DNA from: Squalus acanthias
Lineage: Eukaryota
Assembly (NCBI GenBank): GCA_030390025.1
Contig: CM059432.1
Location: 96,040,001 to 96,104,000 of the forward strand
Direction of reading: 5' to 3'
Length of the DNA: 64,000 bases
Program-made: the position numbers and the translations under genes
Notes under the pieces: generated by a model
Seen by the model: only the letters and a program-made list of their open reading frames with translations
Databases searched by the model: none
Told to the model about the DNA's origin: nothing
Shown here: positions 47,913-59,542 of the stretch, piece after piece
How the letters are laid out: each line of letters starts with the position of its first letter
How positions within the stretch are numbered: the first letter of the stretch is position 1

Positions 47913-49982
47913 TTACATGTTACAAATAGCTAAGTAAATAACTTCATAACGCACTACAAAATATACATGATAACCCTCTCTCTCTCCCTATCCCAACGCT
48001 TACATGAAGGTGTAGTCACATAAAAAAGTTTTGCTGGTCTTTCTGCCATACCTCTTCCTCCTTGAAAGAAAATCAAAGCTATCTTTCCCAGAGACTCCAC
48101 ATTCTATAGCAAGTCTACTGTCTTCTTAATGGCTCTCCAAAAATTGAGCTATGTATGGTACAGGGGGGAAAAAAACATTCTGAGGAAGAAGTGGTTTGAA
48201 GTAACATTTCAACTTTCATATGATGCTAATTTGATTCCTGTTATTTTCTGCAATTTGAAGAGACATTTGAAAATGAACCTACTGCAGTGAAATGACTTAG
48301 AAGCCTGCTGCTTCAATCACAGCTGCACCAGTGAAGGCACCAAAGGCAGGACAAGTATATTTCCACAAGGAGAGGAAGCCGAGGAAGTAAAATCAGAGGG
48401 TTGTCACCCAGGCACATAATAGCTAGATCAACAGCAGCATTGGCATAGTAACAACAGGTACGAATTAATGGAAATAATGGAAACAGCTATGCTTTGTATC
48501 GTCAGCAAACTTGGGTACATTACACCCGGTCCCCTCATCTAAGTCATTGATATAGTTTGAAGCTAAAGATCAGAGCTACATGGAAAGCAAACTCTTGCAG
48601 TTACTTGGCATCCAGACAACAAATACTGATTAAGAACCCACCGTCTATGGTAAAAAAAGATAGATCAAGAACATTCAATTGCGTTTTAACTGGTTTATGC
48701 AAAATTAAGTCCCACTTCCCACAAAAACTTTTTGCAAATAATCAAGAGTCAAATGATCAAGGTTACACAAACAAACTCAATAGCAGACTCCACCCTCTGG
48801 CACAACGTCACCAGCTGACCATTCATTGTTGCTTAAAGAGTGATTTTTGTGAAAAAGTGTTTGCTTGGAACATAAGTTCCATCAAAACACATCATTACAC
48901 TGGTTGTGTGTGATATTACCATGACTAAAATTATTTGAAGGTCTACTTCCTATACAAATTGAAAAAAAGATTTGCCAAACACTTTTTAATGCAGACATTG
49001 TCCCTTCAACTAATTAATATTCACTTTGTTATTTCTCCTGTATTGTTACACTTACTAACTTTTGTTAGCCATTTAATGAGAAACAAACAAGTTGAACAAT
49101 GATAAATCCAAACAGGCCAACCTTTGCAGGTACAAATTCAGATCAAATCAAAGCTAAATGCTGCAAATACATTTTTACCTCTTTATTTTTCCTTCTTTTG
49201 CTTTCTGTCTCCCTTCAAAGTTACAAGTTAAATCTGTGCAAAGGTCCTATCTGCTCTTTTTCTCCCTGTCTTGCTGTTAATGCACTATACTTCACTGCTG
49301 CTCAGAGAAAAGCTCTTTAATATTTTAACAGTTCAACAAAAACAACCATACAATTTGCCATGACAACAGAAAATGAAGCGAAAAATGGGCCTATTGGAAG
49401 AAGCCTGTTCTTGAGGGAATGCAGCACTCTGCCTGATAAACAGCTCTGTTCATGCACAGTAACAGATCACTGCAACCCTGCCATGAACCAATTTTGATTA
49501 GGCAGCTGCCCTTTGTATGACTGCTTAGTTATAATTTTGATGATCATTGCTTGTTTTGTATTACTGATAATGTTGAGGCTTTTGCTTGTATTCTTTTTGA
49601 ATTCTAAATGTTTTATTTATTAATTTATTAAACCCCCAGATGTGAGCAATCAGCCCTAAAATATAACAAACTGAAATATAGCTTAAAATATACTGACTTA
49701 TTTCCCATAATTAGATCTAGATTATATGATGAATTATCATGGCTTGCTCCAAAATTGCTACCCCTCCAAGAGGGATTGTGACAGGGAATGCAGTGTGTTC
49801 TGCTGTACATGACACTTGCTCTTTGTCAAAAAACACAGAAATCCACACTTAGAAAAATCAATTTGCCCTACACCTCAATGATATTAACTATTATAAACAG
49901 ATAAGTAGGAGACATTGCAGGGCTATAATCTCATCCTATTTTAGGCTTTGCTTTCAGTTTCTTGACATTATCTGAACTCCTT

Positions 49983-50799
49983 GGGCGCGATCTTGCCAGC
50001 CCTGGGGAGGCGGGTATGGAGGTGGGACTGCCGTGAAAATGACAGAATCTGGGGACGGGTGCCCAACCCGCCCCCAACCCGCCTCCGTGCCATCTTGCCA
50101 GGAGGCGGGTAGCCGTCCTGCGCCGGGTCCCGTCTCCTTGGAGGCGGGAAGGGATTACATCCACTTATATAAATAGGATTATCCCCATTTTGCCCACACA
50201 AGTGCGGGCTTCCCAAAGGCTCCGAACCCCGCCAGGGTCACCGAGGCGAGTAGTGGGTCTGCGGGGGTCGGAGGGGTCCAAAAGTGTGCTGTGGAGGTAA
50301 GTGATGGGTGCAAGTGTGGAGAGGTGAGTATGTGAGGTAAGTAGAAAGTGTTAGAAAAAGTTTACTTACCTTTGTTTCTTCCTGCAGGCTTCAATCGGTG
50401 GGTATGCGGAGAGTCTCGCACCTCCGCGGCAGAGATGACAGATGGCCGTTGCATTCTCCAATGCAACAATCATCTAATTTCTGCTAAAGAAAGAGGTTTG
50501 ATGAGGTCTTGAATTCAAGAACTCATCAAACTACAGAGAATGTCAGTGTTTGACAGCTTCACAGAGCTGTCAAACGATGACAATTCATCTATCAAAATTT
50601 TTGACGGATGGAACGTCATACGTTGATGTTCTCTGCAACCAGCTTTCCCTTAATTGGCCTGCTAAGCCCGCTGGGCGGGCTTAACAAGGTCAATCAAGGG
50701 AAAATAGTGTGGGTTGGCCACAAATCGATGGAGGCAGGACATCGACCCGCCAAGCAGCAGTCCCGCCTCCAACACGCCCCCACTGGCAAAATCACCCCC
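49983..50799. mobile_element. Complete Harbinger-type MITE (817 bp)
   Basis: TIRs gggcgcgatcttgccag / ctggcaaaatcaccccc with exact 3-bp TSD ctt (49980-82, 50800-02). Sibling of 16173-16768. Confidence 0.88.
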
Positions 50800-51099
50800 C
50801 TTGTAACTAATCCCAGATACACATTGTTCTCAGCAATTTAGCTGCAAGATATTTTATTTAAACCTTAGTGGGGGAATATTTCCTCTGTGCCATATCACAA
50901 ACCCTTTATGAAGGGGTCACACAATGTCTAGTATTTACCACACTAATCATACAGTCATATAGTGTCCGATTATATACATTAATGTGTCCATACAAACTGG
51001 CTGTTTACAAGCACATAATAATGTATCTAATATCAATAATGTACCAAAATTGGTTTGTGCTTCTGTATTTATAATGTTTCATCACTTCATGGAGCAAGG

Positions 51100-52037
51100 G
51101 GAATCCAGTGGATCAGCAGGCACACTCAAAAAACACCACGCACCTGAGCCTAAAATCGGGCGGCAGGAGGCCGCGGCCAGGGTCCCCAGGGAATGGTCCC
51201 CAGCACAAGGTAAGTGCTCTAGCAGGAGAATCCTGGTCGGGGAGGGAGGGGAAGCCCGGGGCAGGGGAGGCCCAAGGTTTACTTGTGGGGATCGGAATCG
51301 CACTCCTGCTCCTCCTGCTCTTGCTGTCTGCAATTTAAAATTGCAGTTGGTCTGATCGGGATGGGAAAGGAGTGGGTATGTCCCCGCTCCATTTTAACTG
51401 CCCCGCCCCCAACCGCCTGGTTTCCGCCAGGCAGGGGGAGTTAAAACTGATCCCTATGAGTTGTCTGCAACAGAAGATAGCAAGAGCTCGTATAAGAGGT
51501 TGTATAGGGAGACAGACCTTTGCAGAAATGCTTTCAAATAGAGGCTGTTGCAGCAACAACACTGTACTGTGCAGTCACTTGTCTTAATGCCTACTATACT
51601 GAAGGTGGGCAGGGTCCTGTGGGGATGTGCAACACTCATAAGAACAACCATGTCCCACAAGATTGATGTCATGGAGCACCAGTTATATGCACTGCAGACT
51701 GCCATTGAGCACGTGCCCACACCAAAGGTGAACTACAGTTATGCAGGCAAAATAAGAGCATCTCTCCTGAATGCTCCCACGATTGCCATGGATGCTTTGA
51801 GATCCAAATTCCAGGATTCAGTCATGGTCTGATTTACGTCACAGGACTCCAATTTTAATATTAAAAGGGGCCTATTACCTGAACCAGATGGGCGACTTGG
51901 ACACCCGGCGGTAGGCCTGTTTTAAAAATGGAGCCGGTTGCATCGCTAGTATTAAAGGGGTGGTAAGGCTACCGACCCTATTTTGAGGCCATTACTTCCT
52001 GGTTATCGCTAGGCGAGGGCAATGAAAATCAATGCCT
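51100..52037. mobile_element. Degraded Harbinger-type MITE pieces
   Basis: GC-rich blocks with ggtaagt, attttaactgcccc...ggggagttaaaa and ttaaagggg, plus terminus gaaaatcaatgcc. Boundaries uncertain. Confidence 0.45.
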
Positions 52038-54624
52038 AAGAGTGGGAGGGATCATGGTCCTTGCACTACAATCCCACATGATCCTCAATACTGCTACATG
52101 CAATTTCTGCAATTGACCTCTACTCACTTACAACGTGTAAGCACTTCACAACCATACTCCTCTGTACCTGAGCTTCAGAAAAGGTGAGAAATTAAATTAA
52201 TTACATTGTTAAACTATTTTTAAACAGTAATCAAGAGCTTCATTTTACAGTTTCCATGCAACTATGCACATAATCATAGAATGAGTCTGAAAATGTCACT
52301 AACGTCCTACAACACTCCGATAAAAACACAATTTAACCATCCAATGATTGTAAATCAGTGGCCCTAATATATTTATGAAATAACATATCTTCTGACTCAC
52401 CATGTGCAATGTCACAGGAGCTGCACTAATGAATACATTGAAAGAGGTAGGTCGGCATATACAGAAGTCATGCTTTGTTACAAAAGCAAATCAATCTTAA
52501 GATGCTGGGTGGTTTTAAGCTGCAATCTGAACCTGACAAGCATTTTCCAACCTGTAAAGTTACATGATCAAACAACAATTAAGATCTGAGTGACCTCAGA
52601 CTGTGCTTGCTTAAAGCAATTAGACTTTTTGGCCTTAAAACAGAAAGGGCACCTTCAACACATCTCCACCTTAGCAGCAAAAAATATATGGATTGTGCAT
52701 TTTCTAGTAAAGTACTCTTGTCATTATAACACCACCTGATACATTGTGAGCAATGATGTGGGAGATCATACCTGTATACTATAAAAACAGCTTGTCAGTT
52801 CAAACTTCCTGTCTGGCACACTTTGGGCATCATATTTGGCACATGCAAATATTTTGCACTTTGACTGGCTCAAATTTGGCATTCAAAGAACAGCAACAAA
52901 TCAGAACTATCAGCAGTGATGGAACCTCGACCATGAACTGCACCGATCAAAATTACCTAAAATAAAATCACTAAAAGGAACACTAAAATCACTTTAATGA
53001 CGTTCTGTTCACAGTGGAAACTGTCTTTGAATACCGCAGAGGCAGGATTCCCACATGGGCTCCTCACAGGGCTTTTCCTATGGAAGAAAAGGGCTTTCAT
53101 AGCAGTAATCCCTGGTATTCCATTCCCAAATGCTGCCAGATCCCAAAACCCTCCTATTTTTCCCACACCACTGCACACAGCCCAATGCTAGTACACTCCA
53201 TTACCCAAGTTCTGAATGCTCCCCACTTCAACCTTCCCAGCACTACCATACCCAAAAATGGAGAAGTATTCCAAAATCCAAGTATCACACCCAGCACCAC
53301 CTTTGCTGCATTACCACAAGCAGGAACCACCATTCCATCACTGTCACAAACTACTCACAGACATTGAATCTTCCACTATTCCCTTCCACCACTATAATCA
53401 TCCCAGTATTCCCACACCCCATGACCCCTCTTTCAATACTGTGATACACTGACAGTCATCCCATTCTTCCCAAACTCCAGCACAGTCCTCCCACTCTTAC
53501 CACACACCCTCCCATTTCACTGACATCTCAGGACTGCCCTTCTATTTTTCAAAGCCTGGAATACCCCTAATACATAACCCATGCACCCCTCCCCATCACA
53601 TGCACACCCTACCATCTTCTCCCACTTCTCTCAAATCCTGGCTCCACCCTTTCACCACTATCACAGCCTGGAATCCCACCCTCCCACACTACCACATCCC
53701 CAACACACTAATCCCAGACTTCACGTTTTCCCTCACACTACTCACATATCCTGCAACCTCTAGTGTCAAATTCTCCTATACCACCTTCCCCATTTCTCCC
53801 ACATCTGAAATTCTGACACACCTGGAAACTCACCCAGTACTCCCAAATTCCTAGACTCCCTCCATATATATTACATAACACAAATATACATTTTAAAAAC
53901 AGTCTGCATATATTTTTCCTCATATTTCTTTCCTTTATTATCACCCTAACTTTCTTCTTCCCCTTGTACCTCATCCCAATCTTTCTTGCAGTCACCACTA
54001 ACTTCGCTGAAAACCCTATCTTTTCCTCTTTTGTAGCGTAAGCTTTCGCCGCTCCCCACCACCATGCAACCCAAACATCCAATTTACTATCCACTCACCA
54101 CCAATCTTTTTCCCACTAACCACCACCTTCTCTGTACCCAGTCTTTCTGGCTCCTTCCTCCCCTAATCCCCATAACTTTCCCAAAATCCCCAACCTTCCC
54201 CCTTTGCCGAGCAAACATTATACCTCACACTGATAACTAACTCCAACATGACCCCGCCCCCACTGCATCTTTGAAAACAAATCTTCCAAGGGACAGGTTT
54301 TAAGATGTCGCATGACGGGAGTGATAATCAGAATATCAGGTGCAAAGCTTAGCCTACACGATTTGCCATTCATCCGATTTTCTGCCCATTGAAATTATAG
54401 GGTGGAAAAGTGAGCGGGCCACAAAGCAGGTGCACTAATCCTCTTGTCCTATTCTGATTAGCATTCTCATCCCACAATGATCAGCTCCAGGAGTGCTACA
54501 TTGTAAAATATTCCCCTTTGCCCTAACTTCTAGCCTTGTGACACTCACTCTTGACCAACACAATCTTCTGCCCATTACACAAACTGGCAGTCGCACAAGT
54601 ATAAATTTCTAGAAATATTTTTAC

Positions 54625-55130
54625 TTTGGGCACCGCACTTTAGGAAGGATGTGCAGGCCTTAGAAAAGGGTGCAGAAAAGATTTACTAGAATGGTTCCAG
54701 GTATGAAGGACTTCAGTTACGTGGATAGACTGGAGAAGCTGGGGTTGTTCTCCTTGGAGCAGAGAAGACTGAGAGGAGATTTGATAGAGGTGTTCAAAAT
54801 CATGAGGGGTCTAGACAGAGTAGATAGAGAGAAACTGTTCCCATTGACGGAAGGGTCGAGAACCAGAGGACACAGATTTAAGGTGATAAGCAGAAGAACC
54901 AAAGGTGACGTGAGGAAAAACTTTTTTGTGCAGCGAGTGGTTAGGATCTGGAATGCACTGGCTGAAAGGGGGGTGGAGGCAGATTCAATCATGGCTTTCA
55001 AAAGGGAATTGGATAAGTACCTGAAGGAAAAAAAATTGCAGGACTACGGGGAAAGGGCAGGGGAGTGGGATTAGCTGAAGTGCTCTTGCAGAGAGCCTAC
55101 TCCTGTGCTGTAACCATTCTATGATTCTAT
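54625..55130 (+). mobile_element. CR1 3' fragment
   Basis: ORF 54670-55074, with the same tail as 26704-27074 and 21351-21544. Confidence 0.93.
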
Positions 55131-56459
55131 CTATATAACATATACTCCATACAAATTACACTGAATACACATATCATACAAAAATAGTTATTCCAGACAA
55201 ATTATTACTGTATCAGATCTCCCATGGTGCCACTCAGGGCAGGTCAGAGAACCAACCCCACCCCTCACTCCACAGTCTCTGTCTCCCCTCCTGGTCTCTC
55301 TGTTTTCTCAGATATTGGTGTTGTCCCCCTGGTCACACTCTCTCTTTCCCTCTCCATCCCTGCACCCCTCCCCACCACCATCTCAACCTCCTGTGATCGC
55401 TCCGCCTGTCTCCTTAATGTCCTCTTTGGGAACGGCCAAAGAACTGTGGGAAAACCAGGATAGCCTGGAAGAAATTGAACTGACTGGCTTTCCCATGAGT
55501 GCGAGAGAGAGACAAAGAATGAAAGAAAGAAAGAAATATTTACAGAATTTGCCTTTTTTAGTTTATAGTGAGGATTCAAAAATGATTTATACAGCTCTGG
55601 TCATCTATTTATTTATCCAGGCGTAGTGGGTAAGGGAAGCACTTGCTTTACTGTCTCAGCCAGTGCATTCCAGACCCTAAAACTCTAACAACCTTTTTTC
55701 TAATTTCTTTCACTGTAGAAGTTTACCCTCCCCTCTTTCACATCCCTGCAGAGACTTCTGACTCACCGTGAGTGATGCCGAAGGAGATCTTACATTAAAG
55801 TTTTCCAATGATGCTAAGTGTGAAATGGAAAAAGAATACATCCTTCACCAGATTGTGATCTTCCAGGAAATGTTGCCACTTTGGATGTGAATAATATCAA
55901 TACAGTATGAAAACCATAAGAAATGCAGAAGGGAATAAAAATCATAATGCATTTTTTGATTTGTATTTTTTCAAGACTTGGACTAGGGCAACACACACTC
56001 AAGCACTATTTAATTTCTGTGTGCTATCCATGCTAAACCCCTTATAATGCTACGATAGATATACTGCTAATTGGGTTATTAAAAGTAGAAACAAACAGAC
56101 TATTAATATTGGAGGGCACATACCAGCATGATGTGACATCATTACACATCACATTTTGTCTTGCCTTTGAAAAGATCAGGCATTCATTATCATACTTTCA
56201 TCCCAACAATCATTGACACTTCTTCCCTGGCCAACGTTAAGTCCATTAGTAGTGTACTCAAACCCAGTCTTATTAAAAATGTCCATTAGAAAAAGTGGAA
56301 ATCTGAGGCTCAGTTATTGTTAATCTCTTTTTCTCTGATGTGATGGACAGCATGTCCATGTCCCAAATGATTGATAATTTTGCCAAAAGGATATAAATGT
56401 CAAATAATGTTTGCCAATACAATATTAACTGCACAGTAGTTCAGCATTTGGTAAATATT

Positions 56460-57360
56460 GGGCCAGAATTTGCGGTGGGTATGATGGCGTACTCTCAGAG
56501 TACGCCATCATACCGCCTTTGAAATGGACGCTAAATTCGGGATTCCCGAACTTGCGATCTGTCAAGTTACACCTTGACAGATGATCCGCACCGCCTTCGA
56601 AATACCAATTGCTGGTGCAGAGTTGGACTAACTGCCCAGCAATTACGTACGAAAATTTTATGGTTGATGCAAATAGGTTCAGGGCCTGTTTGCATCAGCG
56701 TAAGGGGATTAGATAGAGACAGTTAATCATTCTATTAGCTCCGGAATGAATTGTAATGAATTGTAAAACTGTCCGCAACACCTCCAATGACTAATGTACA
56801 GATTTTTCAGATCTTTGTTTGGGCTCTGTTGTATTTATGTTTGTCCATGTTATTTTATATGAAATTTCACAGAGCTTGAATGATTTATCAGAACTCTAAT
56901 TCCTAAATTAGATTTAAGCATTAATTCCCAAATAATTTTTTTAGGTGAGTCTGTGTGAGAGAGAGCATTTTGGAACTATTTATTCTCCTAGTCCTCATAA
57001 CTATTCTGAAAATACATTGGGTGAAATGCAATATAATGAAAGTTACCAGCATTGGAGGTAGACACCTTCCCTTCGGTGTACTGATTGGAGCACCAGGCCC
57101 ACGTGATCACAGGTACACTTCCACACACGCTGCGCCCCTGGGATCCGTGGGCCATTGCGCTGCCCTCGAGTACACAGCGTCAGAGAGCAAGTTTATGAAG
57201 GAGGGCCCCCATCAGGTAAGTTCGTATTCTACTCGGATGCTGGCAGCGTACTCTGTAGGTCTCGCTCCCAGATATGGTTTTCAAACAGCCTCCAGTCCAA
57301 AAACATCCCCTCCCATCCTGCAATACTGCCTCTGGCCTGAAAACTCTATTCCATGCCATG
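56460..57360. mobile_element. Degraded Harbinger-derived segment
   Basis: Terminus gggccagaatttgc. 57040-57230 (-) weakly resembles the GFP..GxIDCTHV / RKG region of the transposase. Confidence 0.4.
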
Positions 57361-57776
57361 CTCTCAAATAATGTGATCAAGATTAAGCCATTGTACAAGC
57401 TCCCCTAAAAGGAAATAATTATTTAATCAGCCATATCAAATCTTTTCAATTTCAGTAAATGTTATTACAATGATCATTATGGTTTGTAATTATCACAATC
57501 AGGAAAAGTTATATTTGACATTGTTCATCATACTTTTCCATGATGTTATTGTACCCTTTTTACAAATAATCAACATACAATGAAGGTCTAGATTTATTAT
57601 GCCAAGCATCCAAGTTTACAAAGCCACCATGACAGTCCTAAAGCTAGAGAATAGCACATAATACATAAAGTAGTTTTATATTCCCTGCAACGCTCAAGTT
57701 GGGGACATCTCAGCTGTTAAGATATATCCTATTATTGTTTAAATGTTTTCAACAAATTTGAATAATAGTTCCTTAC

Positions 57777-57974
57777 CTGGCTGCACCAGACATGACTTTT
57801 GCTCCCTCTTGTGTCTTATGTGCTGAATGTTCCACTCAGTTACAGTCCCAGATTTCAGTTTCCTTCCACTCTCTTCTTCCTCATTCACCGTAGGAAATGT
57901 TAACGGACTATTGGCTGACTTTGAAGGGGATTTAACTGGAGACACCGACTGGCTGCTGGGACATCCTGTGTCAT
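57777..57974 (-). CDS. SYBU: Syntabulin internal coding exon (198 nt, phase 1-1)
   Basis: Minus strand reads ttttcttttttgcccctgttgatcag|AT GAC ACA...CAG CCA G|gtaagg. Translation DDTGCPSSQSVSPVKSPS...KSCLVQP matches recalled vertebrate syntabulin DDTGCPSSQSVSPVKTPS...KSGLVKP. Confidence 0.93.
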
Positions 57975-58384
57975 CTGATCAACAGGGGCAAAAAAGAAAA
58001 TAATGATGACATGTTTTTCTCACATGCTGGATGTAGGTTAAGTACAATCTTTAGACTTTTCAAAGCTCTACATTCAAATTATAGAAGAATATACCAAACA
58101 GTGGTTAAATGAAGGATAAAGGAGGACAAGGTAATAAACTTTAGAGACATAATGGCCCCAATTTTAACTGCCTCCACCTGGCGGAAATGGGCAGCACGCG
58201 AGGGTTTTTATTTTATTCATTCACGGGATTCATATGGGCGTCGCTGGCAAGGCTGGCACTTATTGCCCATCCCTAATTGCCCTTGAGAAGGAGGTGCTGA
58301 ACCGCCTTCTTAAACCACTGCAGTCCGTGTGGTGAAGGTACTCCCACAGTGACTTTGTCATAGCGGTTTGGTACAACTGGTTTG

Positions 58385-58740
58385 ACATATAAATCTAGGT
58401 TGACACTCCAGTGCAGTGCTGAGGGACTGCTGCATTGCTGGAGGTGCCGTCTTTCGGATGAGACGTTAAACCAAGGCCTCTCTCAGGTGGATGTAAAAGA
58501 TCCCATGGCACTATTCGAAGAAGAGCAGGGAGTTATCCCCGGTGTCCTGGCCAATATTTATCCCTCAATCAATGTAACAAAAAACAGATTATCTGGTCAT
58601 TATCACGTTGCTGTTTGTGGGAGCTTGCTGTGTGCAAATTGTCTGCCGCGTTTCCCACATTACAACAGTGACTACACTTCAAAAGTACTTCATTGACTGT
58701 AAAACGCTTTGAGAGGTCCGGTGGTCGTGAAAGGCACTTT
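58385..58740 (+). mobile_element. Deu-domain SINE (SacSINE1/AmnSINE-like) fragment
   Basis: gtgccgtctttcggatgagacgttaaac...taaaagatcccatggcactattcgaagaagagcagggag...tgtcctggccaatatttatccctca, recalled as the DeuSINE core. Confidence 0.75.
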
Positions 58741-58754
58741 CATTTTTTTCTTTT

Positions 58755-59155
58755 AACTCAGTAGCTTGCTAGGCCATTTCAGAGGGCATTTATTGCCCAT
58801 CCCTAATTGCCCTCGAGAAGCTGCCTTCTTGAATTCAACTGAGTGGCTTGCTAGGCCATTTCAGAGGGCAGTTAAGAGTCAACCACATTGCTGTGGGTCT
58901 GGAGTCACATATAGGCCAGACTGGGTAAGGACGGCAGATTTCCTTCCCTACAGGACATTAGTGAACCAGATGGGTTTTTACAACAATCCGGTAGTTTCAT
59001 GTTCACCATTACTGATACTCGCTTTTTTTTTTATATTCCAGATTTATTTAATTGAATTTAAATTCCCCAGCTGCCAGTGGTAGGATGTGTCTCCAGATAA
59101 TTAGTCCAGGCCTCTGGATTACTAGTCCAGTAACATAACCACCGTGCTACAGTTC
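58755..59155 (-). mobile_element. tRNA-type SINE sharing its tail with the CR1-clade LINE
   Basis: Minus strand gtagcacggtggttatgttactggactagtaatccagaggcctgg (A-box-like head) through to the gggcaataaatg tail. Confidence 0.65.
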
Positions 59156-59315
59156 CCGGTGGGAAGTGGGCGGAGGTGGGGGCAGTTAAAATAAGTCGAG
59201 TCACTTACCCCCTCCGATCCCACTGCCTTCCCATCGGGTCCCGATATGAACCTGCTCTTTTGAGCAGGTGAGCAGGACACCCGCAGGAAGGAAGCGCGGA
59301 CATACTTTAAATATG

Positions 59316-59542
59316 AGAAGTCGCACAACACCAGGTTATAGTCCAACAGATTTATTTAAAATTACAAGCTTTCGGAGCTGTCGCCCCTTCCTCAGGTAGA
59401 GTTACTGTGAGACAATCTACCAGAATTCACAGAATATAAACACAGAGAAAATGCAATTCAATCTTTCCCTACATCAAAGACACACTAAGAGCACAGCCAA
59501 GACAATGAGATGTGTCCCAGGGGGTCCAATGTGTCAAAACAT
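59316..59542 (-). mobile_element. Short Penelope-type insertion with 14-bp TSD
   Basis: atactttaaatatg duplicated at 59302-59315 and 59543-59556. Contains a hammerhead motif. Confidence 0.8.
59363..59398 (-). ncRNA. Minimal type I hammerhead ribozyme motif
   Basis: UAC-CUGAGGA-A-GGGGC-GACA-GCUCC-GAAA-GCUU-GUA: CUGANGA and GAAA boxes, stem II, palindromic AAGCUU stem III, and stem I UAC/GUA. Confidence 0.7.

Noticed and set aside
48046..48150. Possible alternative SYBU exon ending GAAGAG|gtatgg on the minus strand
   Set aside because: The open frame ends in phase 2, which does not fit the next (phase-1) exon, and there is no clear acceptor or promoter evidence; unsupported without RNA data.
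55265..55579. ORF with PTVLWPF, resembling the SYBU C-terminal PTVLWAF
   Set aside because: It lies upstream of the middle exons, whereas the terminal exon must be left of position 5284; the surrounding sequence is unrelated.
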